Shown here: piece by piece, positions 1 through 11,910 of the stretch
Numbering within the stretch: the first letter of the stretch is position 1
Layout of the letters: each line of letters opens with the position of its first letter
Origin: a virus
Lineage: Duplodnaviria > Heunggongvirae > Uroviricota > Caudoviricetes
Virus record (IMG/VR): IMGVR_UViG_2713897055_000003
Strand: one strand, 5' to 3'
DNA: 19,835 nucleotides
Made by a program: the position numbers and the translations under genes
The notes under the pieces: generated by a model
The model's database searches: none
The model's input: the letters and a program-made list of their open reading frames with translations, nothing else
Told to the model about the DNA's origin: nothing

Positions 1-2192
<2,192 letters not shown>

Positions 2193-2212
<20 letters not shown>

Positions 2213-3512
2213 TCTCCCGCATATTGCCAGCATGGCTTTTAATGAGCCGCTGATGCTTGAACCCGCCTATGCGCGGGTTTTCTTTTGTGCGCTTGCAGGC
2301 CAGCTTGGGATCAGCCGCCTGACGGATGCGGTGTCCGGCGACAGCCTGACTGCCCAGGAGGCACTCGCGACGCTGGCATTATCCGGTGATGATGACGGAC
2401 CACGACAGGCCCGCAGTTATCAGGTCATGAACGGCATCGCCGTGCTGCCGGTGTCCGGCACGCTGGTCAGCCGGACGCGGGCGCTGCAGCCGTACTCGGG
2501 GATGACCGGTTACAACGGCATTATCGCCCGTCTGCAACAGGCTGCCAGCGATCCGATGGTGGACGGCATTCTGCTCGATATGGACACGCCCGGCGGGATG
2601 GTGGCGGGGGCATTTGACTGCGCTGACATCATCGCCCGTGTGCGTGACATAAAACCGGTATGGGCGCTTGCCAACGACATGAACTGCAGTGCAGGTCAGT
2701 TGCTTGCCAGTGCCGCCTCCCGGCGTCTGGTCACGCAGACCGCCCGGACAGGCTCCATCGGCGTCATGATGGCTCACAGTAATTACGGTGCTGCGCTGGA
2801 GAAACAGGGTGTGGAAATCACGCTGATTTACAGCGGCAGCCATAAGGTGGATGGCAACCCCTACAGCCATCTTCCGGATGACGTCCGGGAGACACTGCAG
2901 TCCCGGATGGACGCAACCCGCCAGATGTTTGCGCAGAAGGTGTCGGCATATACCGGCCTGTCCGTGCAGGCTGTGCTGGATACCGAGGCTGCAGTGTACA
3001 GCGGTCAGGAGGCCATTGATGCCGGACTGGCTGATGAACTTGTTAACAGCACCGATGCGATCACCGTCATGCGTGATGCACTGGATGCACGTAAATCCCG
3101 TCTCTCAGGAGGGCGAATGACCAAAGAGACTCAATCAACAACTGTTTCAGCCACTGCTTCGCAGGCTGACGTTACTGACGTGGTGCCAGCGACGGAGGGC
3201 GAAAACGCCAGCGCGGCGCAGCCGGACGTGAACGCGCAGATCACCGCAGCGGTTGCGGCAGAAAACAGCCGCATTATGGGGATCCTCAACTGTGAGGAGG
3301 CTCACGGACGCGAAGAACAGGCACGCGTGCTGGCAGAAACCCCCGGTATGACCGTGGAAACGGCCCGCCGCATTCTGGCCGCAGCACCACAGAGTGCACA
3401 GGCGCGCAGTGACACTGCGCTGGATCGTCTGATGCAGGGGGCACCGGCACCGCTGGCTGCAGGTAACCCGGCATCTGATGCCGTTAACGATTTGCTGAAC
3501 ACACCAGTGTAA
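2193..3512 (+). CDS. C: Head maturation protease / scaffold gpC (S49, ClpP/SppA-like peptidase family), GTG start
   Basis: GTG at 2193 preceded by strong RBS gaggaggagaag; product begins VTAELRNLPHIASMAFNEPLMLEPAYARVFF..., recognised as lambda gpC (439 aa). The six-frame ORF begins further upstream at 2058, but that part overlaps B and matches no known protein. Confidence 0.9.
2907..3512 (+). CDS. Nu3: Capsid scaffolding protein Nu3, in-frame internal start within C
   Basis: ATG at 2907 in the C frame (MDATRQMFAQKVSAYTGLSVQAVLDTEAAVYS...), sharing the C stop at 3510-3512; matches the lambda C/Nu3 nested arrangement. Confidence 0.8.
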   Translation: MDATRQMFAQKVSAYTGLSVQAVLDTEAAVYSGQEAIDAGLADELVNSTDAITVMRDALDARKSRLSGGRMTKETQSTTVSATASQADVTDVVPATEGENASAAQPDVNAQITAAVAAENSRIMGILNCEEAHGREEQARVLAETPGMTVETARRILAAAPQSAQARSDTALDRLMQGAPAPLAAGNPASDAVNDLLNTPV

Positions 3513-3521
3513 GGGATGTTT

Positions 3522-3854
3522 ATGACGAGCAAAGAAACCTTTACCCATTACCAGCCGCAGGGCAACAGTGACCCGGCTCATACCGCAACCGCGCCCGGCG
3601 GATTGAGTGCGAAAGCGCCTGCAATGACCCCGCTGATGCTGGACACCTCCAGCCGTAAGCTGGTTGCGTGGGATGGCACCACCGACGGTGCTGCCGTTGG
3701 CATTCTTGCGGTTGCTGCTGACCAGACCAGCACCACGCTGACGTTCTACAAGTCCGGCACGTTCCGTTATGAGGATGTGCTCTGGCCGGAGGCTGCCAGC
3801 GACGAGACGAAAAAACGGACCGCGTTTGCCGGAACGGCAATCAGCATCGTTTAA
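3522..3854 (+). CDS. D: Head decoration protein gpD
   Basis: 110-aa product [110 protein letters not shown], recognised as lambda gpD. Confidence 0.95.
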
Positions 3855-3875
3855 CTTTACCCTTCATCACTAAAG

Positions 3876-3896
3876 GCCGCCTGTGCGGCTTTTTTT
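3876..3896 (+). terminator. Intrinsic-terminator-like hairpin between D and E (GC stem gccgc/gcggc, 4-nt loop, T7 run)
   Basis: Sequence aggccgcctgtgcggcttttttt read directly; 5-bp GC stem followed by 7 T residues, immediately before the E start. Confidence 0.5.
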
Positions 3897-3909
3897 ACGG
3901 GATTTTTTT

Positions 3910-4935
3910 ATGTCGATGTACACAACCGCCCAACTGCTGGCGGCAAATGAGCAGAAATTTAAGTTTGATCCGCTGTTTCTGCGTCTCTTTTTCCGTGAGA
4001 GCTATCCCTTCACCACGGAGAAAGTCTATCTCTCACAAATTCCGGGACTGGTAAACATGGCGCTGTACGTTTCGCCGATTGTTTCCGGTGAGGTTATCCG
4101 TTCCCGTGGCGGCTCCACCTCTGAATTTACGCCGGGATATGTCAAGCCGAAGCATGAAGTGAATCCGCAGATGACCCTGCGTCGCCTGCCGGATGAAGAT
4201 CCGCAGAATCTGGCGGACCCGGCTTACCGCCGCCGTCGCATCATCATGCAGAACATGCGTGACGAAGAGCTGGCTATTGCTCAGGTCGAAGAGATGCAGG
4301 CAGTTTCTGCCGTGCTTAAGGGCAAATACACCATGACCGGTGAAGCCTTCGATCCGGTTGAGGTGGATATGGGCCGCAGTGAGGAGAATAACATCACGCA
4401 GTCCGGCGGCACGGAGTGGAGCAAGCGTGACAAGTCCACGTATGACCCGACCGACGATATCGAAGCCTACGCGCTGAACGCCAGCGGTGTGGTGAATATC
4501 ATCGTGTTCGATCCGAAAGGCTGGGCGCTGTTCCGTTCCTTCAAAGCCGTCAAGGAGAAGCTGGATACCCGTCGTGGCTCTAATTCCGAGCTGGAGACAG
4601 CGGTGAAAGACCTGGGTAAAGCGGTGTCCTATAAGGGGATGTATGGCGATGTGGCCATCGTCGTGTATTCCGGACAGTACGTGGAAAACGGCGTCAAAAA
4701 GAACTTCCTGCCGGACAACACGATGGTGCTGGGGAACACTCAGGCACGCGGTCTGCGCACCTATGGCTGCATTCAGGATGCGGACGCACAGCGCGAAGGC
4801 ATTAACGCCTCTGCCCGTTACCCGAAAAACTGGGTGACCACCGGCGATCCGGCGCGTGAGTTCACCATGATTCAGTCAGCACCGCTGATGCTGCTGGCTG
4901 ACCCTGATGAGTTCGTGTCCGTACAACTGGCGTAA
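3910..4935 (+). CDS. E: Major capsid protein gpE
   Basis: 341-aa product starting MSMYTTAQLLAANEQKFKFDPLFLRLFF..., recognised as lambda gpE; the six-frame ORF starts 9 codons upstream at 3883, inside the hairpin, so ATG 3910 is preferred. Confidence 0.95.
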   Translation: MSMYTTAQLLAANEQKFKFDPLFLRLFFRESYPFTTEKVYLSQIPGLVNMALYVSPIVSGEVIRSRGGSTSEFTPGYVKPKHEVNPQMTLRRLPDEDPQNLADPAYRRRRIIMQNMRDEELAIAQVEEMQAVSAVLKGKYTMTGEAFDPVEVDMGRSEENNITQSGGTEWSKRDKSTYDPTDDIEAYALNASGVVNIIVFDPKGWALFRSFKAVKEKLDTRRGSNSELETAVKDLGKAVSYKGMYGDVAIVVYSGQYVENGVKKNFLPDNTMVLGNTQARGLRTYGCIQDADAQREGINASARYPKNWVTTGDPAREFTMIQSAPLMLLADPDEFVSVQLA

Positions 4936-4976
4936 TCATGGCCCTTCGGGGCCATTGTTTCTCTGTGGAGGAGTCC

Positions 4977-5375
4977 ATGACGAAAGATGAACTGATTGCC
5001 CGTCTCCGCTCGCTGGGTGAACAACTGAACCGTGATGTCAGCCTGACGGGGACGAAAGAAGAACTGGCGCTCCGTGTGGCAGAGCTGGAAGAGGAGCTTG
5101 ATGACACGGATGAAACTGCCGGTCAGGACACCCCTCTCAGCCGGGAAAATGTGCTGACCGGGCATGAAAATGAGGTGGTATCAGCGCAGCCGGATACCGT
5201 GATTCAGGATACGGCTGAACTGGTCACGGTCGTGGCACTGGTGAAGCTGCATACTGATGCACTTCACGCCACGCGGGATGAACCTGTGGCATTTGTGCTG
5301 CCGGGAACGGCGTTTCGTGTCTCTGCCGGTGTGGCAGCCGAAATGACAGAGCGCGGCCTGGCCAGAATGCAATAA
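4977..5375 (+). CDS. FI: DNA packaging / head assembly protein gpFI
   Basis: 132-aa product MTKDELIARLRSLGEQLNRDVSLTGTKEELALRVAELEEELDD..., recognised as lambda gpFI; the internal ATG at 4977 is preferred over the ORF start at 4938. Confidence 0.9.
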   Translation: MTKDELIARLRSLGEQLNRDVSLTGTKEELALRVAELEEELDDTDETAGQDTPLSRENVLTGHENEVVSAQPDTVIQDTAELVTVVALVKLHTDALHATRDEPVAFVLPGTAFRVSAGVAAEMTERGLARMQ

Positions 5376-5386
5376 CGGGAGGCGCT

Positions 5387-5740
5387 GTGGCTGATTTCGA
5401 TAACCTGTTCGATGCTGCCATTGCCCGCGCCGATGAAACGATACGCGGGTACATGGGAACGTCAGCCACCATTACATCCGGTGAGCAGTCAGGTGCGGTG
5501 ATACGTGGTGTTTTTGATGACCCTGAAAATATCAGCTATGCCGGACAGGGCGTGCGCGTTGAAGGCTCCAGCCCGTCCCTGTTTGTCCGGACTGATGAGG
5601 TGCGGCAGCTGCGGCGTGGAGACACGCTGACCATCGGTGAGGAAAATTTCTGGGTAGATCGGGTTTCGCCGGATGATGGCGGAAGTTGTCATCTCTGGCT
5701 TGGACGGGGCGTACCGCCTGCCGTTAACCGTCGCCGCTGA
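5387..5740 (+). CDS. FII: Head-tail connector protein gpFII
   Basis: 117-aa product MADFDNLFDAAIARADETIRGYMGTSATITSGEQSGAVIRGVFDDPENISYAGQGVRVEG..., recognised as lambda gpFII. Confidence 0.95.
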   Translation: MADFDNLFDAAIARADETIRGYMGTSATITSGEQSGAVIRGVFDDPENISYAGQGVRVEGSSPSLFVRTDEVRQLRRGDTLTIGEENFWVDRVSPDDGGSCHLWLGRGVPPAVNRRR

Positions 5741-5751
5741 AAGGGGGATGT

Positions 5752-6330
5752 ATGGCCATAAAAGGTCTTGAGCAGGCCGTTGAAAACCTCAGCCGTATCA
5801 GCAAAACGGCGGTGCCTGGTGCCGCCGCAATGGCCATTAACCGCGTTGCTTCATCCGCGATATCGCAGTCGGCGTCACAGGTTGCCCGTGAGACAAAGGT
5901 ACGCCGGAAACTGGTAAAGGAAAGGGCCAGGCTGAAAAGGGCCACGGTCAAAAATCCGCAGGCCAGAATCAAAGTTAACCGGGGGGATTTGCCCGTAATC
6001 AAGCTGGGTAATGCGCGGGTTGTCCTTTCGCGCCGCAGGCGTCGTAAAAAGGGGCAGCGTTCATCCCTGAAAGGTGGCGGCAGCGTGCTTGTGGTGGGTA
6101 ACCGTCGTATTCCCGGCGCGTTTATTCAGCAACTGAAAAATGGCCGGTGGCATGTCATGCAGCGTGTGGCCGGGAAAAACCGTTACCCCATTGATGTGGT
6201 GAAAATCCCGATGGCGGTGCCGCTGACCACGGCGTTTAAACAAAATATTGAGCGGATACGGCGTGAACGTCTTCCGAAAGAGCTGGGCTATGCGCTGCAG
6301 CATCAACTGAGGATGGTAATAAAGCGATGA
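5752..6330 (+). CDS. Z: Tail completion protein gpZ
   Basis: 192-aa ORF in canonical position between FII and U; basic C-terminal region; stop overlaps the U start (ATGA at 6327-6330). Confidence 0.9.
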   Translation: MAIKGLEQAVENLSRISKTAVPGAAAMAINRVASSAISQSASQVARETKVRRKLVKERARLKRATVKNPQARIKVNRGDLPVIKLGNARVVLSRRRRRKKGQRSSLKGGGSVLVVGNRRIPGAFIQQLKNGRWHVMQRVAGKNRYPIDVVKIPMAVPLTTAFKQNIERIRRERLPKELGYALQHQLRMVIKR

Positions 6331-6725
6331 AACATACTGAACTCCGTGCAGCCGTACTGGATGCACTGGAGAAGCATGACACCGGGGCGACGTTTTTTTT
6401 TGATGGTCGCCCCGCTGTTTTTGATGAGGCGGATTTTCCGGCAGTTGCCGTTTATCTCACCGGCGCTGAATACACGGGCGAAGAGCTGGACAGCGATACC
6501 TGGCAGGCGGAGCTGCATATCGAAGTTTTCCTGCCTGCTCAGGTGCCGGATTCAGAGCTGGATGCGTGGATGGAGTCCCGGATTTATCCGGTGATGAGCG
6601 ATATCCCGGCACTGTCAGATTTGATCACCAGTATGGTGGCCAGCGGCTATGACTACCGGCGCGACGATGATGCGGGCCTGTGGAGTTCAGCCGATCTGAC
6701 TTATGTCATTACCTATGAAATGTGA
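6327..6725 (+). CDS. U: Tail tube terminator protein gpU
   Basis: 132-aa [71 protein letters not shown]..., recognised as lambda gpU; contains a T9 homopolymer at 6393-6401. Confidence 0.9.
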
Positions 6726-6732
6726 GGACGCT

Positions 6733-7473
6733 ATGCCTGTACCAAATCCTACAATGCCGGTGAAAGGTGCCGGGACCACCCTGTGGGTTTATAAGGGGAG
6801 CGGTGACCCTTATGCGAATCCGCTTTCAGACGTTGACTGGTCGCGTCTGGCAAAAGTTAAAGACCTGACGCCCGGCGAACTGACCGCTGAGTCCTATGAC
6901 GACAGCTATCTCGATGATGAAGATGCAGACTGGACTGCGACCGGGCAGGGGCAGAAATCTGCCGGAGATACCAGCTTCACGCTGGCGTGGATGCCCGGAG
7001 AGCAGGGGCAGCAGGCGCTGCTGGCGTGGTTTAATGAAGGCGATACCCGTGCCTATAAAATCCGCTTCCCGAACGGCACGGTCGATGTGTTCCGTGGCTG
7101 GGTCAGCAGTATCGGTAAGGCGGTGACGGCGAAGGAAGTGATCACCCGCACGGTGAAAGTCACCAATGTGGGACGTCCGTCGATGGCAGAAGATCGCAGC
7201 ACGGTAACAGCGGCAACCGGCATGACCGTGACGCCTGCCAGCACCTCGGTGGTGAAAGGGCAGAGCACCACGCTGACCGTGGCCTTCCAGCCGGAGGGCG
7301 TAACCGACAAGAGCTTTCGTGCGGTGTCTGCGGATAAAACAAAAGCCACCGTGTCGGTCAGTGGTATGACCATCACCGTGAACGGCGTTGCTGCAGGCAA
7401 GGTCAACATTCCGGTTGTATCCGGTAATGGTGAGTTTGCTGCGGTTGCAGAAATTACCGTCACCGCCAGTTAA
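6733..7473 (+). CDS. V: Major tail tube protein gpV with C-terminal Ig-like (Big_2-type) domain
   Basis: 246-aa product [57 protein letters not shown]..., recognised as lambda gpV; ATG 6733 chosen over the ORF start at 6703, which lies inside the U 3' end. Confidence 0.95.
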
Positions 7474-7488
7474 TCCGGAGAGTCAGCG

Positions 7489-7911
7489 ATGTTCCTGAAA
7501 ACCGAATCATTTGAACATAACGGTGTGACCGTCACGCTTTCTGAACTGTCAGCCCTGCAGCGCATTGAGCATCTCGCCCTGATGAAACGGCAGGCAGAAC
7601 AGGCGGAGTCAGACAGCAACCGGAAGTTTACTGTGGAAGACGCCATCAGAACCGGCGCGTTTCTGGTGGCGATGTCCCTGTGGCATAACCATCCGCAGAA
7701 GACGCAGATGCCGTCCATGAATGAAGCCGTTAAACAGATTGAGCAGGAAGTGCTTACCACCTGGCCCACGGAGGCAATTTCTCATGCTGAAAACGTGGTG
7801 TACCGGCTGTCTGGTATGTATGAGTTTGTGGTGAATAATGCCCCTGAACAGACAGAGGACGCCGGGCCCGCAGAGCCTGTTTCTGCGGGAAAGTGTTCGA
7901 CGGTGAGCTGA
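7489..7911 (+). CDS. G: Tail assembly chaperone gpG
   Basis: 140-aa ORF MFLKTESFEHNGVTVTLSELSALQRIEHLALMKRQAEQAESD..., recognised as lambda gpG; RBS ggagag upstream. Confidence 0.95.
   Translation: MFLKTESFEHNGVTVTLSELSALQRIEHLALMKRQAEQAESDSNRKFTVEDAIRTGAFLVAMSLWHNHPQKTQMPSMNEAVKQIEQEVLTTWPTEAISHAENVVYRLSGMYEFVVNNAPEQTEDAGPAEPVSAGKCSTVS
7887..7893 (+). promoter_or_regulatory. Programmed -1 ribosomal frameshift slippery heptamer G GGA AAG (G to G-T fusion)
   Basis: Heptamer gggaaag at 7887-7893 is in the correct X XXY YYZ register relative to the G frame (codons GGA 7888-7890, AAG 7891-7893); the -1 frame is open from 7893 to 8327. This matches the known lambda G/T frameshift site. Confidence 0.85.
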
Positions 7912-8327
7912 GTTTTGCCCTGAAACTGGCGCGTGAGATGGGGCGACCCGACTGGCGTGCCATGCTTGCCGGGATGTCATCCACGGAGTATGCCGACTGG
8001 CACCGCTTTTACAGTACCCATTATTTTCATGATGTTCTGCTGGATATGCACTTTTCCGGGCTGACGTACACCGTGCTCAGCCTGTTTTTCAGCGATCCGG
8101 ATATGCATCCGCTGGATTTCAGTCTGCTGAACCGGCGCGAGGCTGACGAAGAGCCTGAAGATGATGTGCTGATGCAGAAAGCGGCAGGGCTTGCCGGAGG
8201 TGTCCGCTTTGGCCCGGACGGGAATGAAGTTATCCCCGCTTCCCCGGATGTGGCGGACATGACGGAGGATGACGTAATGCTGATGACAGTATCAGAAGGG
8301 ATCGCAGGAGGAGTCCGGTATGGCTGA
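7893..8327 (+). CDS. T: Tail assembly protein T portion, expected to be expressed only as a G-T fusion via -1 frameshift
   Basis: -1 frame ORF relative to G, open 7893..8327, encoding ...FDGELSFALKLAREMGRPDWRAMLAGMSSTEYADWHRFYSTHYFHDVLLDMHFSGLTYTV...; its end overlaps the H start. Confidence 0.85.
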   Translation: MFDGELSFALKLAREMGRPDWRAMLAGMSSTEYADWHRFYSTHYFHDVLLDMHFSGLTYTVLSLFFSDPDMHPLDFSLLNRREADEEPEDDVLMQKAAGLAGGVRFGPDGNEVIPASPDVADMTEDDVMLMTVSEGIAGGVRYG

Positions 8328-10881
8328 ACCGGTAGGCGATCTGGTCGTTGATTTGAGTCTGGATGCGGCCAGATTTGACGAGCAGATGGCCAGAGTCAGG
8401 CGTCATTTTTCCGGTACGGAAAGTGATGCGAAAAAAACAGCGGCAGTCGTTGAACAGTCGCTGAGCCGACAGGCGCTGGCTGCACAGAAAGCGGGGATTT
8501 CCGTCGGGCAGTATAAAGCCGCCATGCGTATGCTGCCTGCACAGTTCACCGACGTGGCCACGCAGCTTGCAGGCGGGCAAAGTCCGTGGCTGATCCTGCT
8601 GCAACAGGGGGGGCAGGTGAAGGACTCCTTCGGCGGGATGATCCCCATGTTCAGGGGGCTTGCCGGTGCGATCACCCTGCCGATGGTGGGGGCCACCTCG
8701 CTGGCGGTGGCGACCGGTGCGCTGGCGTATGCCTGGTATCAGGGCAACTCAACCCTGTCCGATTTCAACAAAACGCTGGTCCTTTCCGGCAATCAGGCGG
8801 GACTGACGGCAGATCGTATGCTGGTCCTGTCCAGAGCCGGGCAGGCGGCAGGGCTGACGTTTAACCAGACCAGCGAGTCACTCAGCGCACTGGTTAAGGC
8901 GGGGGTAAGCGGTGAGGCTCAGATTGCGTCCATCAGCCAGAGTGTGGCGCGTTTCTCCTCTGCATCCGGCGTGGAGGTGGACAAGGTCGCTGAAGCCTTC
9001 GGGAAGCTGACCACAGACCCGACGTCGGGGCTGACGGCGATGGCACGCCAGTTCCATAACGTGACGACGGAGCAGATTGCGTATGTTGCTCAGTTGCAGC
9101 GTTCCGGCGATGAAGCCGGGGCATTGCAGGCGGCGAACGAGGCCGCAACGAAAGGGTTTGATGACCAGACCCGCCGCCTGAAAGAGAACATGGGCACGCT
9201 GGAGACCTGGGCAGACAGGACTGCGCGGGCATTCAAATCCATGTGGGATGCGGTGCTGGATATTGGTCGTCCTGATACCGCGCAGGAGATGCTGATTAAG
9301 GCAGAGGCTGCGTTTAAGAAAGCAGACGACATCTGGAATCTGCGCAAGGATGATTATTTTGTTAACGATGAAGCGCGGGCGCGTTACTGGGATGATCGTG
9401 AAAAGGCCCGTCTTGCGCTTGAAGCCGCCCGAAAGAAGGCTGAGCAGCAGACTCAACAGGACAAAAATGCGCAGCAGCAGAGCGATACCGAAGCGTCACG
9501 GCTGAAATATACCGAAGAGGCGCAGAAGGCTTACGAACGGCTGCAGACGCCGCTGGAGAAATATACCGCCCGTCAGGAAGAACTGAACAAGGCACTGAAA
9601 GACGGGAAAATCCTGCAGGCGGATTACAACACGCTGATGGCGGCGGCGAAAAAGGATTATGAAGCGACGCTGAAAAAGCCGAAACAGTCCGGCGTGAAGG
9701 TGTCTGCGGGCGATCGTCAGGAAGACAGTGCTCATGCTGCCCTGCTGACGCTTCAGGCAGAACTCCGGACGCTGGAGAAGCATGCCGGAGCAAATGAGAA
9801 AATCAGCCAGCAGCGCCGGGATTTGTGGAAGGCGGAGAGTCAGTTCGCGGTACTGGAGGAGGCGGCGCAACGTCGCCAGCTGTCTGCACAGGAGAAATCC
9901 CTGCTGGCGCATAAAGATGAGACGCTGGAGTACAAACGCCAGCTGGCTGCACTTGGCGACAAGGTTACGTATCAGGAGCGCCTGAACGCGCTGGCGCAGC
10001 AGGCGGATAAATTCGCACAGCAGCAACGGGCAAAACGGGCCGCCATTGATGCGAAAAGCCGGGGGCTGACTGACCGGCAGGCAGAACGGGAAGCCACGGA
10101 ACAGCGCCTGAAGGAACAGTATGGCGATAATCCGCTGGCGCTGAATAACGTCATGTCAGAGCAGAAAAAGACCTGGGCGGCTGAAGACCAGCTTCGCGGG
10201 AACTGGATGGCAGGCCTGAAGTCCGGCTGGAGTGAGTGGGAAGAGAGCGCCACGGACAGTATGTCGCAGGTAAAAAGTGCAGCCACGCAGACCTTTGATG
10301 GTATTGCACAGAATATGGCGGCGATGCTGACCGGCAGTGAGCAGAACTGGCGCAGCTTCACCCGTTCCGTGCTGTCCATGATGACAGAAATTCTGCTTAA
10401 GCAGGCAATGGTGGGGATTGTCGGGAGTATCGGCAGCGCCATTGGCGGGGCTGTTGGTGGCGGCGCATCCGCGTCAGGCGGTACAGCCATTCAGGCCGCT
10501 GCGGCGAAATTCCATTTTGCAACCGGAGGATTTACGGGAACCGGCGGCAAATATGAGCCAGCGGGGATTGTTCACCGTGGTGAGTTTGTCTTCACGAAGG
10601 AGGCAACCAGCCGGATTGGCGTGGGGAATCTTTACCGGCTGATGCGCGGCTATGCCACCGGCGGTTATGTCGGTACACCGGGCAGCATGGCAGACAGCCG
10701 GTCGCAGGCGTCCGGGACGTTTGAGCAGAATAACCATGTGGTGATTAACAACGACGGCACGAACGGGCAGATAGGTCCGGCTGCTCTGAAGGCGGTGTAT
10801 GACATGGCCCGCAAGGGTGCCCGTGATGAAATTCAGACACAGATGCGTGATGGTGGCCTGTTCTCCGGAGGTGGACGATGA
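8320..10881 (+). CDS. H: Tail tape measure protein gpH
   Basis: 853-aa ORF (same length as lambda gpH) with long charged, helix-prone central region and Gly-rich segment near the C-terminus; position between T and M. Confidence 0.95.
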   Translation: MAEPVGDLVVDLSLDAARFDEQMARVRRHFSGTESDAKKTAAVVEQSLSRQALAAQKAGISVGQYKAAMRMLPAQFTDVATQLAGGQSPWLILLQQGGQVKDSFGGMIPMFRGLAGAITLPMVGATSLAVATGALAYAWYQGNSTLSDFNKTLVLSGNQAGLTADRMLVLSRAGQAAGLTFNQTSESLSALVKAGVSGEAQIASISQSVARFSSASGVEVDKVAEAFGKLTTDPTSGLTAMARQFHNVTTEQIAYVAQLQRSGDEAGALQAANEAATKGFDDQTRRLKENMGTLETWADRTARAFKSMWDAVLDIGRPDTAQEMLIKAEAAFKKADDIWNLRKDDYFVNDEARARYWDDREKARLALEAARKKAEQQTQQDKNAQQQSDTEASRLKYTEEAQKAYERLQTPLEKYTARQEELNKALKDGKILQADYNTLMAAAKKDYEATLKKPKQSGVKVSAGDRQEDSAHAALLTLQAELRTLEKHAGANEKISQQRRDLWKAESQFAVLEEAAQRRQLSAQEKSLLAHKDETLEYKRQLAALGDKVTYQERLNALAQQADKFAQQQRAKRAAIDAKSRGLTDRQAEREATEQRLKEQYGDNPLALNNVMSEQKKTWAAEDQLRGNWMAGLKSGWSEWEESATDSMSQVKSAATQTFDGIAQNMAAMLTGSEQNWRSFTRSVLSMMTEILLKQAMVGIVGSIGSAIGGAVGGGASASGGTAIQAAAAKFHFATGGFTGTGGKYEPAGIVHRGEFVFTKEATSRIGVGNLYRLMRGYATGGYVGTPGSMADSRSQASGTFEQNNHVVINNDGTNGQIGPAALKAVYDMARKGARDEIQTQMRDGGLFSGGGR

Positions 10882-11207
10882 AGACCTTCCGCTGGAAAGT
10901 GAAACCCGGTATGGATGTGGCTTCGGTCCCTTCTGTAAGAAAGGTGCGCTTTGGTGATGGTTATTCTCAGCGAGCGCCTGCCGGGCTGAATGCCAACCTG
11001 AAAACGTACAGCGTGACGCTTTCTGTCCCCCGTGAGGAGGCCACGGTACTGGAGTCGTTTCTGGAAGAGCACGGGGGCTGGAAATCCTTTCTGTGGACGC
11101 CGCCTTATGAGTGGCGGCAGATAAAGGTGACCTGCGCAAAATGGTCGTCGCGGGTCAGTATGCTGCGTGTTGAGTTCAGCGCAGAGTTTGAACAGGTGGT
11201 GAACTGA
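10878..11207 (+). CDS. M: Tail tip protein gpM
   Basis: 109-aa ORF; start overlaps the H stop (ATGA), stop overlaps the L start by 1 nt; canonical lambda order. Confidence 0.9.
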   Translation: MKTFRWKVKPGMDVASVPSVRKVRFGDGYSQRAPAGLNANLKTYSVTLSVPREEATVLESFLEEHGGWKSFLWTPPYEWRQIKVTCAKWSSRVSMLRVEFSAEFEQVVN

Positions 11208-11905
11208 TGCAGGATATCCGGCAGGAAACACTGAATGAATGCACCCGTGCGGAGCAGTCGGCCAGCGTGGTGCTCTGGGAAATCGACCTGACAGAGGTCG
11301 GTGGAGAACGTTATTTTTTCTGTAATGAGCAGAACGAAAAAGGTGAGCCGGTCACCTGGCAGGGGCGACAGTATCAGCCGTATCCCATTCAGGGGAGCGG
11401 TTTTGAACTGAATGGCAAAGGCACCAGTACGCGCCCCACGCTGACGGTTTCTAACCTGTACGGTATGGTCACCGGGATGGCGGAAGATATGCAGAGTCTG
11501 GTCGGCGGAACGGTGGTCCGGCGTAAGGTTTACGCCCGTTTTCTGGATGCGGTGAACTTCGTCAACGGAAACAGTTACGCCGATCCGGAGCAGGAGGTGA
11601 TCAGCCGCTGGCGCATTGAGCAGTGCAGCGAACTGAGCGCGGTGAGTGCCTCCTTTGTACTGTCCACGCCGACGGAAACGGATGGCGCTGTTTTTCCGGG
11701 ACGTATCATGCTGGCCAACACCTGCACCTGGACCTATCGCGGTGACGAGTGCGGTTATAGCGGTCCGGCTGTCGCGGATGAATATGACCAGCCAACGTCC
11801 GATATCACGAAGGATAAATGCAGCAAATGCCTGAGCGGTTGTAAGTTCCGCAATAACGTCGGCAACTTTGGCGGCTTCCTTTCCATTAACAAACTTTCGC
11901 AGTAA
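11207..11905 (+). CDS. L: Tail tip protein gpL
   Basis: 232-aa ORF in canonical position; product contains a C-terminal Cys cluster (CTWTYRGDECGY...CSKCLSGC). Confidence 0.9.
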   Translation: MQDIRQETLNECTRAEQSASVVLWEIDLTEVGGERYFFCNEQNEKGEPVTWQGRQYQPYPIQGSGFELNGKGTSTRPTLTVSNLYGMVTGMAEDMQSLVGGTVVRRKVYARFLDAVNFVNGNSYADPEQEVISRWRIEQCSELSAVSASFVLSTPTETDGAVFPGRIMLANTCTWTYRGDECGYSGPAVADEYDQPTSDITKDKCSKCLSGCKFRNNVGNFGGFLSINKLSQ

Positions 11906-11910
11906 ATCCC

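Noticed and set aside
3883-3909. Upstream start for E at 3883 and for V at 6703
   Set aside because: The 3883 start lies within the D-E hairpin and the 6703 start within the U 3' end; the recognised gpE and gpV N-termini start at 3910 and 6733.
8403-10490. Several 90-190-aa ORFs on both strands inside H (e.g. 8878..9456 minus, 9496..10026 minus, 9972..10490 minus)
   Set aside because: All overlap the continuous 853-aa tape measure gene; no independent signals; typical out-of-frame or antisense open frames.
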